A DNA stretch of 64,000 bases from contig MU008203.1 of assembly GCA_010909165.1 (NCBI GenBank), forward strand, positions 1 through 64,000, written 5' to 3'. The translations under genes and the position numbers were made by a program. Shown here piece after piece: positions 21,597 to 33,220 of this stretch. The first letter of the stretch is position 1; every line of letters begins with the position of its first letter. Origin of the DNA: Anthoceros angustus. Taxonomy: Eukaryota; Plantae; Anthocerotophyta. The notes below the pieces were generated by a model. That model worked only from the letters and a program-made list of their open reading frames with translations. It searched no databases and was not told the DNA's origin.

Positions 21597-24500
21597 CTAC
21601 AGATCAGCGAGACCAGCGAGGAAAGTTTCATCCTCCTCGAAGATCATGATGTCTTTGTACCGTAGCCAGTGCTCTACAGCGTCGTCATGAAACTTACCAC
21701 TATGAAACGGCAGCAGTAGAAATCGTTGCAGCTTAAGAGCTACATCAGGGTACTTGCCGATAACTCCCTCTGCTATTACCTTCACCAGCTGGCTGCTGAA
21801 GGCATGCTGCAACTTCATGCTCAGCTCCTTTCTTCTGGCCTTTGCCAGAAGCAAGATATTATTCGCCCTCTTCTCCCAAAGCACCATTTGTTTCTGCAAT
21901 GCAACTATCTGCCTCATTTCGTGAATATGCAGAACATGCTTGCTTTCAAAGCCGTCTTGCACTTCCTCCTCTGTGGCTTCAGCCAGCCTCAACACCGCTT
22001 TCTGTCGCTCCTCTGTTGAAAGACCAAATTTGGGCTGCGACAAGAAGCCCAGCACCGCTCTCAAAAGACCCCAGGTCACCACCACGGTGCCTTGCAATGA
22101 CCTAGGCTTGCGCTCTGCACCACGTGCCCTAGAAGCAAATATGATCTCTGAATGCACGCAGTCGGAAATATTTCTGGCGCCCATCGCTCTGTACACTTCG
22201 AAGAGATTGTCGAGGGGTAGCTGAGAGACCGACTTGGGGATCCACACGAGCTTAGGTCTGTCTGCGATAGCGGTGACACTGGAAGAGAAAGCGTGCACCG
22301 TCTCCAACCTGTCTGGGATGAATGTGGCTCCTGCAGATGTCAACTCCACTGCTTCCCCTGCACTTTCTCCAGCAAACACAAACGGAACCTTGGCTCGTTT
22401 GATGAAGTCGCTCGACTCTGCCTCGCCACAAATGCTCCATGCCCCGTCACAAGTGGTCCATCCCTGAGCAATTTGTCTCCATACTAACTCCATCCACTGC
22501 TGGCTTGCACTCATTGATGTCTCGCAGTGATCAATCCAGAGCTGACAGTAGTCTTCCACTCTCGGTACCAAAGCCACCCCAAGAACCTTGGTGAAGAAAG
22601 TTTGGAGCTGTTTTGTCTTATAGTGCACGTTGAGAGCAGGTAACCTATCCCTGAACATGCCATGCTCATCCTTGATCACACACTTCTCCACGTCCACCCA
22701 GGCCGGTTCGCCGCCATCAGCTTCCACCGAAGGCACCCAAACGGTCGTCAGACAATACTCTCCCTCCGCCGGCACGCCCCTGAATGTGGCCAAGTATCTA
22801 TAGAGACGGGTTGCCGCTGGCAAATCAATCGACCTAGCAGAGCTCATCGAGGGCTCCGCGAGCTGTAGAAGATGATCTTCAACAGCATAGCATATGTCAT
22901 TATCATCGGTACCCACCCCAAGGTATGCAAGTGCTGTTTTGACCTCCATCAGATTCTCACCATAGTACTGCTGGCTTATCATGGGAGCATCAGAAGGCTC
23001 CAGCATTAAGGCCAGCTTAGAGTCACGGAGGATGCAAGATGTAGGTCGTTTGCGACTATGGCAAACTGTAAGCATCCATTGATGATTCTGTATGGACTCG
23101 AGAAACTTGCGAGGAGGCGCACCTGCTTTCATAATCCAGTCAAGCAAGAGTAAGACGGAGTCTCGCTTCATCAAGGTCCGGGGTAAGCCAGGCAAGGGCA
23201 GGTCAGGTATTGGAATATGTGGAAGGTCCCTCGCATTGAGGAGATCCGCAAGGAATCGTCTCATCTCCTCCTTTGAGATGTCACGCACTTTGGCCGGGTT
23301 GAGATAGTCATCAGAGAGCACCACTATCTCAGAGCTCCAGGAATCATCCGTGATTAGGGCCGGCCATTCGCTTCCTTCCTCTGGCAGGAGAACTGCCCTT
23401 GGATGTTCTTCTGTGCCTTTACGGGGGGCCCTTGAGATTATAGTGGGAGCCACAAATTCCACCAAGCCGTATCTGTTAACTACAGGGAGCTGTCCTCCCA
23501 GACATGTTGTGATTGAAGATACCTTGTCAAGCTGCTTGGCCTTCAAAGAGCTGCATAGAAAGTTGGTGATGAGCAGAGCCAAGACTGGACTCTTGGATTC
23601 TCGAACAGATGCGATAAGCTGTCGGGAGTATTCCGGAACCGTCATCGGGGACACTTGTGCATCGTAAGATAGCCAGAATTGGACAGAACGCACAGCTTGC
23701 ACACGTTCGAATAGACTTGGTGGCAGGAAATAAGCTCGTGTGTGAGCCCCAAACTTGGGTGTCCATTTTGAAAGCCAGCTTCCCGTTCCAGGCGGTGCCG
23801 TGTAGACTCTTGTCCGGATCTTGGTCGGGGACTCCATGCGCTGCTCTTGCAACGTGAGATGACAAACCTCTCCGGTTGGGTTCTGACATCGGAGCAATGG
23901 CGTCTTGTATAAGCCTCCTGTCGATGAGATCGAGGAATGCATGTATTGTGCGATCACTTCCAGAAGTTTGATGTAAAGGTCGTCAGTGAGCTTCTCAACC
24001 CATCCTGCACTGGAAATACAGTTAGCGTACTCCTCTTGTGTCATCATCTTCACATCTAAGCATTCCAAAGCACGGGAATATTTCTTCTGAACAGCCTCGT
24101 CTACAATGCAGACCTCCGACCGTGCTAGCATACTTGGAGCAGGAATGCCTTCCTTATTTGCAAGCTCCAAGAGTTTGCGAAACTCGTCCACCGTCCTTCG
24201 AGCTACAGAGGGCTTGCAAAACCGTTTTCCACCATTGTAACCTACATTGGTGGCGCATAAGATAACCTCATCCTGACTGAGCTCAGTTATTATATCGATC
24301 CGGATCTCCTCGAACTCTGGGATGCGAAGCTCCTTCACGGGCACAAAGCGGAAGGCATCTTCTACTGCGATGCCTGGCACTATCCGTGGAGGCCGTGTTT
24401 TCTGCAACAAGAGGGTAAAAGCTTTGAGAAACGCGTCAGGAACGCATCCCAGTATCCCCTTGTTCCAAGGACTATCGAACAGAATGGTCTCCCTCGAGGA

Positions 24501-25763
24501 TACAAGCAGGAAGTCTGAGTTGATAAGAAACGGCAGACCAGACTGCAGCTCTGTGGGAAGAAAGGCAAACACATCTCCCACACCGTGCGATCCTGCCTCA
24601 CAGCTTGCCACGCGCTTTCCGCAGGGAAACGCGAGCGTGAGAACCCACGATTCCACATCTTTCCTGCTCTCTACCACGGAGCAGTTTGTTACAGGAAACG
24701 ACTCCTGGTACAGGAAGTAATCCCCGAATCTCTCGGCATTCGCAGTCCTCCTTTTCTTCCTCCTCTCGTAACTCAGCAGGCCCTCTGATTTGATCACTGC
24801 CAGGCTGGAGATGCGAGACTGCACCTCCCCAGGATGCGAGCACCACTCCCGGTCCACTCTCCTGATGGTCACAGAGTCTGCATGTGCCACGTTCTCCAGC
24901 AGCTCATTTCTCACAATGATGTTACTCAGGTGCCTGATGAAAAGAATGGTCTCAGGTGATATCTCATTCAGCTGATCCTTCACCACCTGCACTTTCTGCG
25001 ATCGCAAAGGGAGCAGCAGAGTTGTTGTCGGCAGAGGCTGACTCTTGTACACAACCTCCAATTCCTCGTCTGAGGGATAATTCGTCCACTCAGGAACCAC
25101 ATAGCCCACGCCCGCTTGCTTGTGAGCCTGCTCATTGAACCGGATCCTGAACCCATTGCTGATGACGTACGGCTCCTTTGTCACCAGGAATACGCTTTTG
25201 AAGCCAATCCCTGCATGTTGGAAATTTGATTCATTTCACCCTTTCAAGAAAGATCCGATACCTTTGGATCCACATCAAATCCACACCACCGGGCTCACCT
25301 TTTTCTCCGATGTAGCCGCTCTTCCTCTTTCCCTTCTTCGTCGACGCTCCTACGCCGCAAATCGCATTAATGTGTTCCTCCTCGAAGCCTTTCTCATTGT
25401 TGAACAGCAACAACGTTGCGGTAGCTCCACGTCCAGTGACATCAGTTCCGGTGAGCACAATCTCCAGGGTAGGGCTCACTGCCTCCGGGTACGCGTTGTC
25501 CTCGGCGTTCTGTGGTTCAAGAACTACGAACCTTGTAGGCGATCGATCAGAAGAATTTGCAAGCGCCAAATCAAGCCGGATATCATATTCCAACCAACCT
25601 GGATGAGCTCGGAAACGAAGTGGATATCTTTCTGGTAGAGTGCCAGGGAGAGCTGCCTGATTGACTCGTTATAATCCCCAGCCAAGGGATTCCGCTCTGC
25701 AGCTCCAATGCTGAACTTGGTCCTCCTCAGGTTCTCTACAAAGGCTTTCCTTTGCAAAGCCAT
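21597..25763 (-). CDS. Sacsin/NO VEIN-like GHKL ATPase-domain protein (exons 25763-25599, 25509-25299, 25210-21597), ~1,330 aa
   Basis: GHKL (Bergerat fold) motifs ELIQNAEDN, NNEKGF, CGVGASTKK and YIGEKGIGFKSVF, followed by FAFLPT, PFLINSDFLLVSSRE and WNKGIL, typical of plant sacsin-like ATP/DNA-binding proteins. Clean GT-AG introns and a very long final exon. Confidence 0.88.
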
Positions 25764-26247
25764 GTTTGTCTGGCACTGACCAGCACCGACATCAGGGTGG
25801 TGATAGCCAAGTGAACACTAGAGATAGAAACCTTGTCCACCTCCAAAGCATAATTGAAACGACCAGTGTCAGTGAAATCGTGAGTTCGGCTGAATGCGTT
25901 CCAACTACTAAAAGGAGTGGTGTCTGTGGAAAGGGTCAGTCAAGTGCTCAAGACTGAGACACATGGCGGGTGCGAGCGCCATGCAGCGGTATGATCTGCT
26001 CTCATCTGCCAGCAAGGAAATCGAATTAACAGTCATCTGGTCGGAAGGTACAAGAACCACCAACTCCCAAAATTGCAACCATGCAGGACCCTGTACAAGT
26101 TTTGCAGCATACGCGAGGCTTTCGGATTCCATCGGAAATTCAGCAAGTCCAAGTGCCTAGCCAACTCTAGAAGACAGCCCGAAATTCAGCCTGACTGCGT
26201 GCAGGTAACACGAATTTCATTTCCTAGGAAAGGAAATTCGGGCCTCT

Positions 26248-26330
26248 GGTTGCTGCCTGAGGATATTCCAGAGGCCTCTGGAATCCCCAGAGGATTCCAG
26301 AGGCCTCTGGAATATCCTCAGGCAGCAACC
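26248..26330. repeat. Perfect inverted repeat: 39-bp arms, 5-nt loop
   Basis: ggttgctgcctgaggatattccagaggcctctggaatcc (26248-26286), loop ccaga, then the exact reverse complement at 26292-26330. Confidence 0.95.
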
Positions 26331-26519
26331 ACCGCAAGATACTGTCCATGTGGACTCCGTGACACCACCGGTCATGGCGTGAAGAATGGAGCAATATGTC
26401 AGTTTGGCTTGGCACCCAAACCATTGTTTCACGTAGCTTTCGGCCCAACAACACTGTTTAGCAGAAATATACAAAATCAGATGGCTAGGGGGCTGGAAGA
26501 CCTTCCACTGCGTGATAGT

Positions 26520-26603
26520 GGACCCATTCTCTGAGACACTTGGGACCCATTCTCTGAGACTCTTGGGATCCATTCTCTGAGACACTTGGGACCCATTCTC
26601 TGA
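26520..26603. repeat. 23-bp minisatellite, ~3.7 copies
   Basis: ggacccattctctgagacacttg units start at 26520, 26543, 26566 and 26589. Confidence 0.9.
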
Positions 26604-26706
26604 CACATAGTCTGAGTTCTCAGGTGAGACCTGTGCAGCATAACCGACAGAAACTCCGCACAAAGCCAGCAAATGAACCAGTAGACCGCCAAAAGGATGT
26701 GGCTCG

Positions 26707-28244
26707 TCATCTCCACAACTTCACATGTCTATCATGGCTGGCTGAAGCAACCATGCCAGTTGCTTGAGACTGCGCAAGGGATGCAATGAGTCCTTCCTGT
26801 TCAGAGACCGTGATTAACTTGTTCTCTTGCATATTCCACAACTCCAAAGACTGCAAAGAAACACCACCATTAGACAAAAGAACGATGTTGCACAACTAAC
26901 CATATGGATCGCAACAAACGTTCATGATCATGAGGCGCATACCTGAGAACATCCGACGACTAGAAGCGCAGGGTAAGCTGGATGGAAAACACATGAGCGG
27001 AACTTCTTCTCATTGCTGAAAAGCTCATGGATGCAGTTTCCATCACTGCCGTTCATCGACCAAACTCTAACAGAATCTTCACTGACAGAGGCCACATGCT
27101 CTCCAGCAGCGTCCCAGCACAGTGAATGCACCGGTTTGGCATGTCTCTGCATAGGAATGAAAAAAAGCAACGTGACTGCCTGTGTTTCAGGATACGATTG
27201 CCAAAGGCACCATAAAAACACCAGGCAGCACCTGCAAGATGTGCACCACAGTCTGTGATTCCACATCGAAGATTTTGACTGTGGTTTGAGCAGCTGCTGC
27301 CAATAACCTCCCCACCTGAGGCTGGAATCTTATCGATGACATCCCACCCTGCAATGAAAATAATGTCAGTGGCAGACTCTGTGCCAAAAGCCAGTGCACA
27401 AGACTGCCAGTCTAACCACCACTACGGCTAACGTAAGTGAACTACCTATTTGAAAAGCTGACAGCACGAAGCTGAAATTGGAGTGAACAGATGATTTAAG
27501 CAGTTCACCTGGAAAACTCTTCTGCACACACCTTGGCCCACACTCCAGTAGCGAATCTCACTGTCACCATCACAGGAGCATAGGAGATCATCACTCACGG
27601 GATGGAAATCAAGCGACATAACCGACGTTTGATGCCCGATGAAAGTTCGCAATGCGAAAAGTGGCTGCAAGGTGTTCAAGGAGTCAGTATTAGTATTTGT
27701 GAAAAAGAGACGTTCTAACAGTCACACCGGCGAATATCAGCATTTCAGTCCACAGCTTTTGCAGCCCACATGCACTGACAGCAATCGGAACATAGAAGGC
27801 CTCACTCAGAACGGATCAGGTTGAGTACGAATACTAACATGGTCCAGATCCCAGACCTTGACGGTCTTATCGAAGGATGACGTTGCCACACGTGTAGAAC
27901 GAGGACTAAACCTCACATCTGTTATCAGCAAAGAGTGCTCCTTCAGGATACTCTTAATCCCTAAGGAATTTAAGTCCCATACTACAGCCTACAGCCAAAA
28001 CAGGTTACGAACTGAGTTTAGCGCGAGCGCGAAGCACAAGGCAGTGCGAGAAGGAAACGACAATCAAATTGAGGTTAGGTCCAACAACTCCAAGCAATTG
28101 CACTAGCAACGTATCAACATCAAAGCCACACAACCTTTTTGCAATCTCCACCACTGGCCAGCAACAATCCGTCCGCAGATAAATGACAGCAAAGATCCTT
28201 GCTGTTACCAGAGTTAAGGCAGCAAACTTCGTCGAAATAAAAGC
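26707..28244 (-). CDS. LEUNIG/LEUNIG_HOMOLOG-like WD40 corepressor, C-terminal WD40 exons only
   Basis: Exons [10 protein letters not shown]...[18 protein letters not shown]...[43 protein letters not shown]...[39 protein letters not shown] and [13 protein letters not shown] follow the LUG/LUH order. No LisH/Q-rich N-terminus was found. Confidence 0.8.
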
Positions 28245-28316
28245 CTGTTGATCATAACGAACACACTGATCAAGAGCCCGGCATAGCATCAAAAATCAAC
28301 ATTCTGAGAGACGCTC

Positions 28317-28364
28317 GATGCAAATTTGCATCTGGCATCTTTAAAGATGCCAGATGCCGGCCGG
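28317..28364. repeat. Cluster of overlapping perfect palindromes
   Basis: gatgcaaatttgcatc (28317-28332), gcatctggcatctttaaagatgccagatgc (28328-28357) and ccggccgg (28357-28364). Confidence 0.9.
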
Positions 28365-28859
28365 AAAAATGCACACACACAGCACGCACAGCTGAGGACC
28401 TTAAACCCATACATATATCCTGCAAGCATGTTTTCCACTTATGGCGTTCAGGGCATGAAAACCATATTGCAAAAAGCACTCCTACAAAATCCTCTATTAT
28501 CTTGCTTGCTGGTGGAGAAGACATACGTTGAGCGGCCATCCTTTCAAAGATGGATTTGCGCCTGTTGAGACAAAAATGGTACAAGGGCCATACGCCTTAG
28601 GGGCCTGAGAATTCAAAGTGCAAGATGAACACAGCGCCAGTGTTACAAAATGAGGCATACCGAATACTTACGAAAATTGATGGGACTTAAAAGCTATTCA
28701 TCACACTTGTATGTAGGCACTCCAAGAGTCTAACTTAAGCTAAATGTGAGACTTTATTAAGGGAGGGGACTGCAAAGCCATTTATCAAACTTGTATGTAG
28801 GCACTCCATATTCTTTCTCACGACCTACTGTGGGCCCCTTGATGATTCTGAGATCCTTG

Positions 28860-29260
28860 TTGTCCAATGGATAGGCAGCACATCGTGAGACACAGCGTCG
28901 TTTGTTTGAAAGAGGACCAATTAACTTTAACCTCTAAGGACAAGGTTCCTGCTGCAAATGTGATTGTAATAGATTCTACCTGGGATATCGTATGCCAGCA
29001 AATATCAACCTTACAGTGCAGTCGACGGAGGAATGCATATGATGAGTTAAAGGTTCACCCCATGCAGGAAGATCATGTTTTCATTCCCTTGCCATCAAGA
29101 ATCATAAGGCATGGGCAAGGATTTTTTGAGGTTTATAAAGGTTGTGCTAAAGCCTACCACATTCGGAACAACCAACTAGGTCTCCTTTATCTTGTGTGGT
29201 GGCTTTGTTCTGGCAACGTGTTTCCATAGCCGGCATAGGGCGTTACCAAATGTAATTCTT
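28860..29260 (+). mobile_element. Relic of a non-LTR retrotransposon 3' end (restriction-like endonuclease region, CRE/NeSL/R2-type)
   Basis: Frameshifted peptides ANVIVIDST, HVFIPLAI and LSCVVALFWQRVSIA resemble the DVxIxDP / FIPLAIE / RQRVSxALQR motifs of RLE-type LINEs. Confidence 0.5.
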
Positions 29261-29735
29261 TTTGTGCATCTTCAGCTCTAGTTGTAGGTAGTACTCTGCT
29301 GGTTTGTATATTGAGGAAGAACAAGTAGTTCTAAGATATCTCACCAAAACATTTCAGATATCTAATACGAACAAACTTGGACCTGTTGTAATTCTTCTAT
29401 GGCATTGTCATGGCCTCAGAGCACCAATGCCGCAAAATGAGGCATACGGAATGCTTACAAACTTCGAGAGGACTCGAACCCCAGCACACTTGTATCTAGG
29501 CACTACAAAGACTAACCTAAATAATCTGATCTTTGAGCCTATTGGATGCACCTACTTGGCCTTCGCGTCTTGACATTCTAGTTATTTCCATATGTAGATG
29601 CTTCAATCTCTTACAACCATCCAGAGCATAATCAACATACAATTTATCGACTTTACAGATGACATTTTAATCTTTACATAAGATCCTCAAACACCAAACC
29701 GCGGGGGGAGAGTGCTAATCGAAAATTCGCGCGGT

Positions 29736-30985
29736 TCATAGGGCTCTTCCATCTGAGTACGTACGTTCGGGCACCTGTTCCCACTTGCTTCCGTCCGGAT
29801 TATACATGAAAGTGTAGAGCTCATGTGGGACACAAAAACCAGCAACATAGAACATCTCCACACTACCTGCGATTTGGAGGAACTCAGGTTCTAAGACCAT
29901 CACGGGATCCGGCGAGAGCGTGGATCCGTGGACGACAATCCAATCCTCGCCCGGATTCCTGGAAAGATAAAATCGCCTCCTCTGAGGGATTTCCAAACCG
30001 TAGCGATCTCTAAATTCAAGAACCGGAGGAGCTAAGTGACGGCAGTCCTCACCGTCGTCCACAGTGTTGTCCACAAAAAGCCAAGAGAATCGCCCCGTAC
30101 CTGGCCCTGAGCGTAGAAAACTAAGATGGACGAGCTTAAACCGATCATTCTTCACCACGTAGCTCACGATGTGCTTATACCTCAAGTCGTTGTTTTGTGT
30201 CAGCCGGAAGTAGACGACGCCTTTGGACATTGTACAACCTGCTTTGAAGACCGTCAGCCGAATAGAGCTCCTGAGTATCTCCCGGCCTCCACCGGCGCTC
30301 ACCAGAATCATGGATATGCGCCGTACCAGACCGGAGTAACCTCCCGCGCCTTTCCCCAGCTCCACCTTGCTGCGTCCGGCTGTTGGTTACCACGTCTCGT
30401 ACCAATGGAAAGACTCTGGATCGAAAGCGCGGAACATCGTCCTCTTGCGGAAGCTATGGTTGCAGGGGTTGCCAACAGACGCCAAGTAGGATTCGTTGCG
30501 AGGCACCGTGCGGTAGAACAGCAATCAGGGCTTCGGCGTCTGCGGACGGGCTACTGCATGAGACCTGACAAATCGGTTCAAACCCCTGCAAACTGATCGC
30601 ACCATTGCCAGGCACATTATCGATAAGCGAGCAAAGATGTTCTCCAGCACATAGTAGGGCAGCTCCCCTAGGCCTATCTGGCATCTCCCGGATCGCACCT
30701 CGGACAGGCGCAGTGCGAGGAACTGACCGAACACGATCTCCACCACATCTTCGGGCAGCTCCTCTGTGCCGGCACGGGAACCTCCTTCCCTTACGGAGCT
30801 AGGATCTTCTCCTGGACCAGCAGATCATCGGGATCCAGCAGCTCCTCTATCCGGCATCTATCGGACCGCACCACATCCTCCCGATCGGACAGCTCCCATA
30901 GGCCCTTCCGGCATCTCTCGGATCGCACCTGTGCCAGTCGCAGTGGGGGGCATCTCCGGCCTCCCCTGAGCTTCATGCTTTCCAC
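29736..30985 (-). pseudogene. F-box protein gene with repeated F-box-like modules, frame-disrupted
   Basis: F-box motifs EELPEDVVEIVFGQFLALRLSEVRSGRC and GELPYYVLENIFARLSIMCLAMVRSVC, downstream FRAFDPESFHW, and a 209-aa C-terminal ORF (29736-30365). Several stops/frameshifts may be sequencing errors. Confidence 0.65.
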
Positions 30986-31261
30986 GCATGTCCGGCCACG
31001 AGATGTGGGTAGCTATATGCAAGGCAACGCCTTCGCGGCTACGGCCCGCTATGGAATTCAGAGCCGGGATCTCATTGCGTGTTCCGTGGCCGCGCGTGAT
31101 CAGGTTCAACGCGTTCAGTACAACAGTATTGGGAAGGGGAGCCATGATGAACAACTGTACACCCGACTCGACTTTATTTACGATTTATCCATTTAATCAT
31201 GCAAACTATAGGTAGCTAGAATGTAGACTAAAAGCTACAAAACTTGGAAGTCAAGCGCTGG

Positions 31262-31773
31262 CCAACAATTTGGAACTCTCAGGATGACAGACTAGCGGTA
31301 CTTACATACTTAGTCCTGACGGAGGACGGTCCTTATCCTCGTCTTTCTCTTCTCTTATTAAGCCCACAGGCTGGTCATGAGTAGGAAAAGCACAACTGCC
31401 AGAAAGACGCAATCTACAACTACTATGCCAAATGCCTGCCAGAAAAGAGCTGGAATGGGTCAAGAGAGCAACTAGCAAGTGGAAATAGAAGAGAAGGGAG
31501 GTAAACAGGAGATGGTTCCAACAACTTGGAGCTCTCAGGATCACAGACTGGCGGTACTTACATACACAGTCCTGAGGGAGGAAGGTCCTTATCCTCGTCT
31601 TTCTCTTCTCTTATTAAGCCCACAGGCTTGTGATGAGTAGGAAAACCACAACTGCCAGAAAGACGCAACCTCCAACTACTATGCCAAATGCCTGCCAGAA
31701 AACAGCTGAAATGGGTCAAAGAGAGCAACTAACATGTCGAAATAGAAAGAAAGGAGGTAAACAGGAGATGGTT
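31262..31773. repeat. Tandem duplication of a ~256-bp unit
   Basis: ccaacaa(t/c)ttgga(a/g)ctctcagga...gtaaacaggagatggtt starts at 31262 and 31518. The copies are moderately diverged. Confidence 0.9.
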
Positions 31774-32380
31774 TGGAGAAAGTACCTTGCCTCTTGACTG
31801 CACACTGAACCTAAAGGTAAACCAGGTCAACCCAGCGTCCACTGCAGGAGCCAAAGCTAGAGCACTGCACGACGAGCGTTATTAGGGAAGACCCAATCAA
31901 CATGTGCAGTTGCTTGATATTGCTGTATCTCCAGGACCTACCCTCCAGCCCGAAACAGCTTGGTGACCTGGCTACCAGCCCACACCATTGCAAAAACCTT
32001 GAAGAACCTGCACATGCATAAGCCTATCAGAACAGATCAGGATGTAGGTAAAAACAGATTATTTGAGGAACTGCCGTAGGGTGCCATGCAATTTTTAGGT
32101 ACCTTTGGGCTGCCTGACGAAAACCGAGACCTCCAGGTGAAGGTGTCACAAAAAACCTGAACAAGCAACCCATCAAGGTCAGCAAATGTGAATCGCACAG
32201 AGGAGTAGTGAGAGATTACTGTGTTGGCACCTCACCAGACAAACAAAAAGGCGCCTAGGTAGTAAACAGTGTTGAAAAGACCGTATGCCAGAACACCAGC
32301 TGATCCGTACCTCCGCAGCCTTTTGGTAAGTCTGCCATCATAGTTGAATCAGCTCAAGAACAGCAGAGGACACCAGAATT

Positions 32381-32917
32381 CTACATGGGAATGGGATGTC
32401 TAACAACTGCTTCATAAGCACAATCTGCCGGGAGATAGATAGATGCAGTACTATTCCACGGTAGACATGCTGAAAGACATTTACTCTTCACTTTGAGCAG
32501 AGTACTTTGACCACACACTCTTCTTCGACCGCAGTTGCCCCCCTGAACGCAGCAATACCAAGATTCAAAACCCAGCTCAGGTTTTTTGTCTCGGCGGCTC
32601 CTTCCTCCCAGGCTATGAACAAGTAAAATCCACGGCTTTACGAACATTACACCACCTGCAGTAGATGCCCCGAAAGCATTCTCCTCCTGCTCCCCAGGGC
32701 TTCCTTCCTGAATATCAGAGAAGCTGATATAGTAACTCGCCAACGCATCCTCAAGAGAACTCAAACGGGTGAATGGTGGACGGCGACAAGTATACCTGAG
32801 CATCAGTGCCTCCTGACCCGAAACCAGGTGCACCGTCCAGTTTGGCCTCCATCCTAACCCTAAGCCTATTGTTGCGATTCCCTGCAAATTGACAAGTTCT
32901 CTTGGCAAGGACATCAT
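32381..32917 (-). CDS. Unidentified ORF / possible exon
   Basis: 178-aa ORF with a plausible acceptor (tttgcag) near 32881. No family recognised. Confidence 0.2.
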   Translation of the reverse strand: MMSLPRELVNLQGIATIGLGLGWRPNWTVHLVSGQEALMLRYTCRRPPFTRLSSLEDALASYYISFSDIQEGSPGEQEENAFGASTAGGVMFVKPWILLVHSLGGRSRRDKKPELGFESWYCCVQGGNCGRRRVCGQSTLLKVKSKCLSACLPWNSTASIYLPADCAYEAVVRHPIPM

Positions 32918-33220
32918 CCATCTTGGACGAAACTACAAGCGTGCTAGGTCTCCTCAGATCGAAGAGATTTGTGGGCAGACCTACGGGCGTTAGCACCATC
33001 GAGGAGCTGGTCTGGGCAGTGACCATTGCATCCGCGTAGGAGAATAAATTTGTTGCCCAAGAAGAAACAAGAAACTGTCCTACCGAACCCCGACAGAAGG
33101 AGATGATGCTGGCTGCAAGGCAAAGCGTTCGCCAACCTCTGTAAAACTAGGTTTTGAAATATTCCAGTTATGCGAACACTTGCAGACATCTGAAGTTGCC
33201 TTTCCACGACAATGGACTGG

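Noticed and set aside
16223-25763. ALKBH8, AlkB relic, sacsin-like ATPase and DUF2306 as one operon-like functional system
   Set aside because: The genes have different orientations and unrelated known functions. Adjacency is explained by genome compactness and nothing in the sequence shows co-regulation.
26217-26672. 151-aa minus-strand ORF downstream of the LEUNIG-like gene
   Set aside because: The open frame is largely generated by the 23-bp minisatellite and the hairpin, and is not protein-like.
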